From assembly GCF_000698785.1 (NCBI RefSeq), contig NZ_CP007536.1:600001-632000 (forward strand): a stretch of 32,000 nucleotides of DNA, given 5' to 3'. The translations under genes were made by a program, and so were the position numbers. Shown here in pieces: positions 30,889 to 32,000 of this stretch (positions are counted from its first letter, which is position 1; each line of letters starts with the position of its first letter). This DNA comes from Nitrososphaera viennensis EN76 (GTDB taxonomy: Archaea > Thermoproteota > Nitrososphaeria > Nitrososphaerales > Nitrososphaeraceae). The notes under the pieces are model-generated. The model saw only the letters and a list, made by a program, of their open reading frames with translations, was not told the origin of the DNA and ran no database searches.

Positions 30889-31043
30889 CCAGATATACTT
30901 ATTTGCCTAGTTCTGGACTGAAAAGTGAGTTTTAACATCAGCGACAATTGCAACCAGCGCCTTTTGCATCATCGCTTTCCGCCCCACCTAGTCCAAGGAC
31001 AAGTTTTCAGTTAAAATATCCCACCGTGCAAGCACCAGCATAT

Positions 31044-31604
31044 ATGGCGCAGAACAAAGTTGTGCCCCTTTTGTGCGCAGCTTTTGTCCTTGGAGCCGCG
31101 CTTGCGCTCCCGGCGGCGACTGTGGCCGCATATGCCCAGGCCACGATGAGCATCGAGACAAATGCGCCCATACTCAAGGTCAAGCCCGGCGAGAGCGCCG
31201 TCAAGAACATAATCGTGTACGGCACGGGCGCCGACAGCATGCAGGTAACGAGCATCACTTTTGGAAAGGGCAGGGAGTATTTCCGGCTCGGCAACGCGCT
31301 GCCTGTACAGGCGACCCTTGATCCCGCAACGGGCAAGCTCAAGGCCGAAGTGCCGCTAATAGTCACCCTGCCGCCAGAAATACGAAGGGACGCCGAGTAC
31401 CCCTTTACCGTCACCGCCACGTCCGGCCAGAAAAGCGTGCAGGCAGAATCGCACGCCCTTGTCGTGGTCGTGACCACGGAAAAGCCAGCTGACCCCATGT
31501 CAGACGCGATGGTTACGGTCATGTATATAGTGGTCGCCGCAGGCGGCGTGGTATCAATCATCGTCTACAAGAGAATAGCGTCAAAGACAAAGAAAAAATC
31601 ATAG
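31044..31604 (+). CDS. Secreted, C-terminally membrane-anchored protein of unknown function
   Basis: From MAQNKVVPLLCAAFVLGAALALPAATVAAYAQA (signal peptide), then a beta-rich roughly 130-aa domain, then the C-terminal TM VTVMYIVVAAGGVVSIIVY and basic tail KRIASKTKKKS. The ORF-track TTG start at 30948 adds 32 non-hydrophobic residues. Confidence 0.6.
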   Translation: MAQNKVVPLLCAAFVLGAALALPAATVAAYAQATMSIETNAPILKVKPGESAVKNIIVYGTGADSMQVTSITFGKGREYFRLGNALPVQATLDPATGKLKAEVPLIVTLPPEIRRDAEYPFTVTATSGQKSVQAESHALVVVVTTEKPADPMSDAMVTVMYIVVAAGGVVSIIVYKRIASKTKKKS

Positions 31605-31644
31605 CGTACAAATACGCCCGCGCGTACACAACTGCCCGGGTCTC

Positions 31645-32000
31645 ATGGGCAAGGAAGAAAAGATCAAGTGGAAGGTAGAGTACGACTATGCGTATTACAA
31701 GGTCTACGACAACAAGGGGGCGCTTGCCGGCTATTTTTTCCCTCATTATAACAAGGGCGCAGACTCGGAAGACGAGGAAAACGACGAGGCCATAGAGAAG
31801 ATGAACAAGAATCATGAGCAGGTCTCGCAGGGCACGCTCCTTGTCCCGATGGCCAAGCTCGACCTCCTCGACCACGACGAGGGCATCGACATCGACTATG
31901 CGATCGCGTCGCTTGACGCAAACCTTGTCCAGACGAAATTCTGGAAGGACTGGCTTGCCAAGAACGCAAAGGGGCTGTCGCTTTACGGTGCAAGGGTCTA
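31645..32000 (+). CDS. Hypothetical protein, 5' part (runs off the right edge)
   Basis: My own translation from ATG 31645 gives MGKEEKIKWKVEYDYAYYKVYDNKGALAGYFFPHYNKG...FWKDWLAKNAKGLSLYGARV. There is no stop for 118 codons and the third codon position is GC-rich like the neighbouring genes. The overlapping minus-strand ORFs look like shadow ORFs. Confidence 0.55.
   Translation, partial: MGKEEKIKWKVEYDYAYYKVYDNKGALAGYFFPHYNKGADSEDEENDEAIEKMNKNHEQVSQGTLLVPMAKLDLLDHDEGIDIDYAIASLDANLVQTKFWKDWLAKNAKGLSLYGARV

Noticed and set aside
1-32000. CRISPR arrays, rRNA genes, transposases or integrases, and toxin-antitoxin or known defence-system signatures
   Set aside because: None was seen. There is no regularly spaced direct-repeat array, no rRNA-like conserved blocks, and no ORF with DDE, tyrosine- or serine-recombinase, or classic defence-nuclease motifs recognisable by eye.

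Overview
This is a densely coding archaeal chromosomal segment with about 42 CDS (2 partial at the edges), 2 tRNAs, and no CRISPR array, rRNA or recognisable transposase. Archaeal markers are proteasome beta subunit, Pelota, Alba, TrmB-, Lrp/AsnC- and DtxR-type regulators, a Tes/GDGT-MAS-like radical SAM enzyme, TATA boxes about 25-35 nt upstream of start codons, and an intron-containing tRNA. A signal-peptide cupredoxin, C2H2 zinc-finger proteins and a histidine kinase are reminiscent of Nitrososphaeria (Thaumarchaeota), but taxonomy cannot be verified here. Housekeeping genes include leuCD, psmB, ilvE, pelota, cutA, alba and a glyoxylate-reductase-type dehydrogenase. The items I judge most worth follow-up are: (1) a PurF (amidophosphoribosyltransferase) paralog that has lost the key residues of both active sites and is translationally coupled to an unknown 107-aa ORF. 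(2) A nucleotide-sugar-dehydrogenase-like protein lacking the catalytic Cys, divergently paired with a DUF354 GT-B-like protein. (3) A tRNA-Gln(UUG) with a 25-nt insert in the D-arm, a non-canonical intron position. (4) A lower-GC segment next to tRNA-Pro that carries a truncated hydrolase gene and an orphan BMP-family binding protein, Cache histidine kinase and receiver module. (5) An AT-rich islet encoding a domain fused to a eukaryote-type C2H2 finger. (6) Clustered short motifs and palindromes in several intergenic regions. (7) Pervasive leaderless-type promoter spacing, including TTG and GTG starts. All functional calls come from reading the translated ORFs and motifs by eye; no database search was run.
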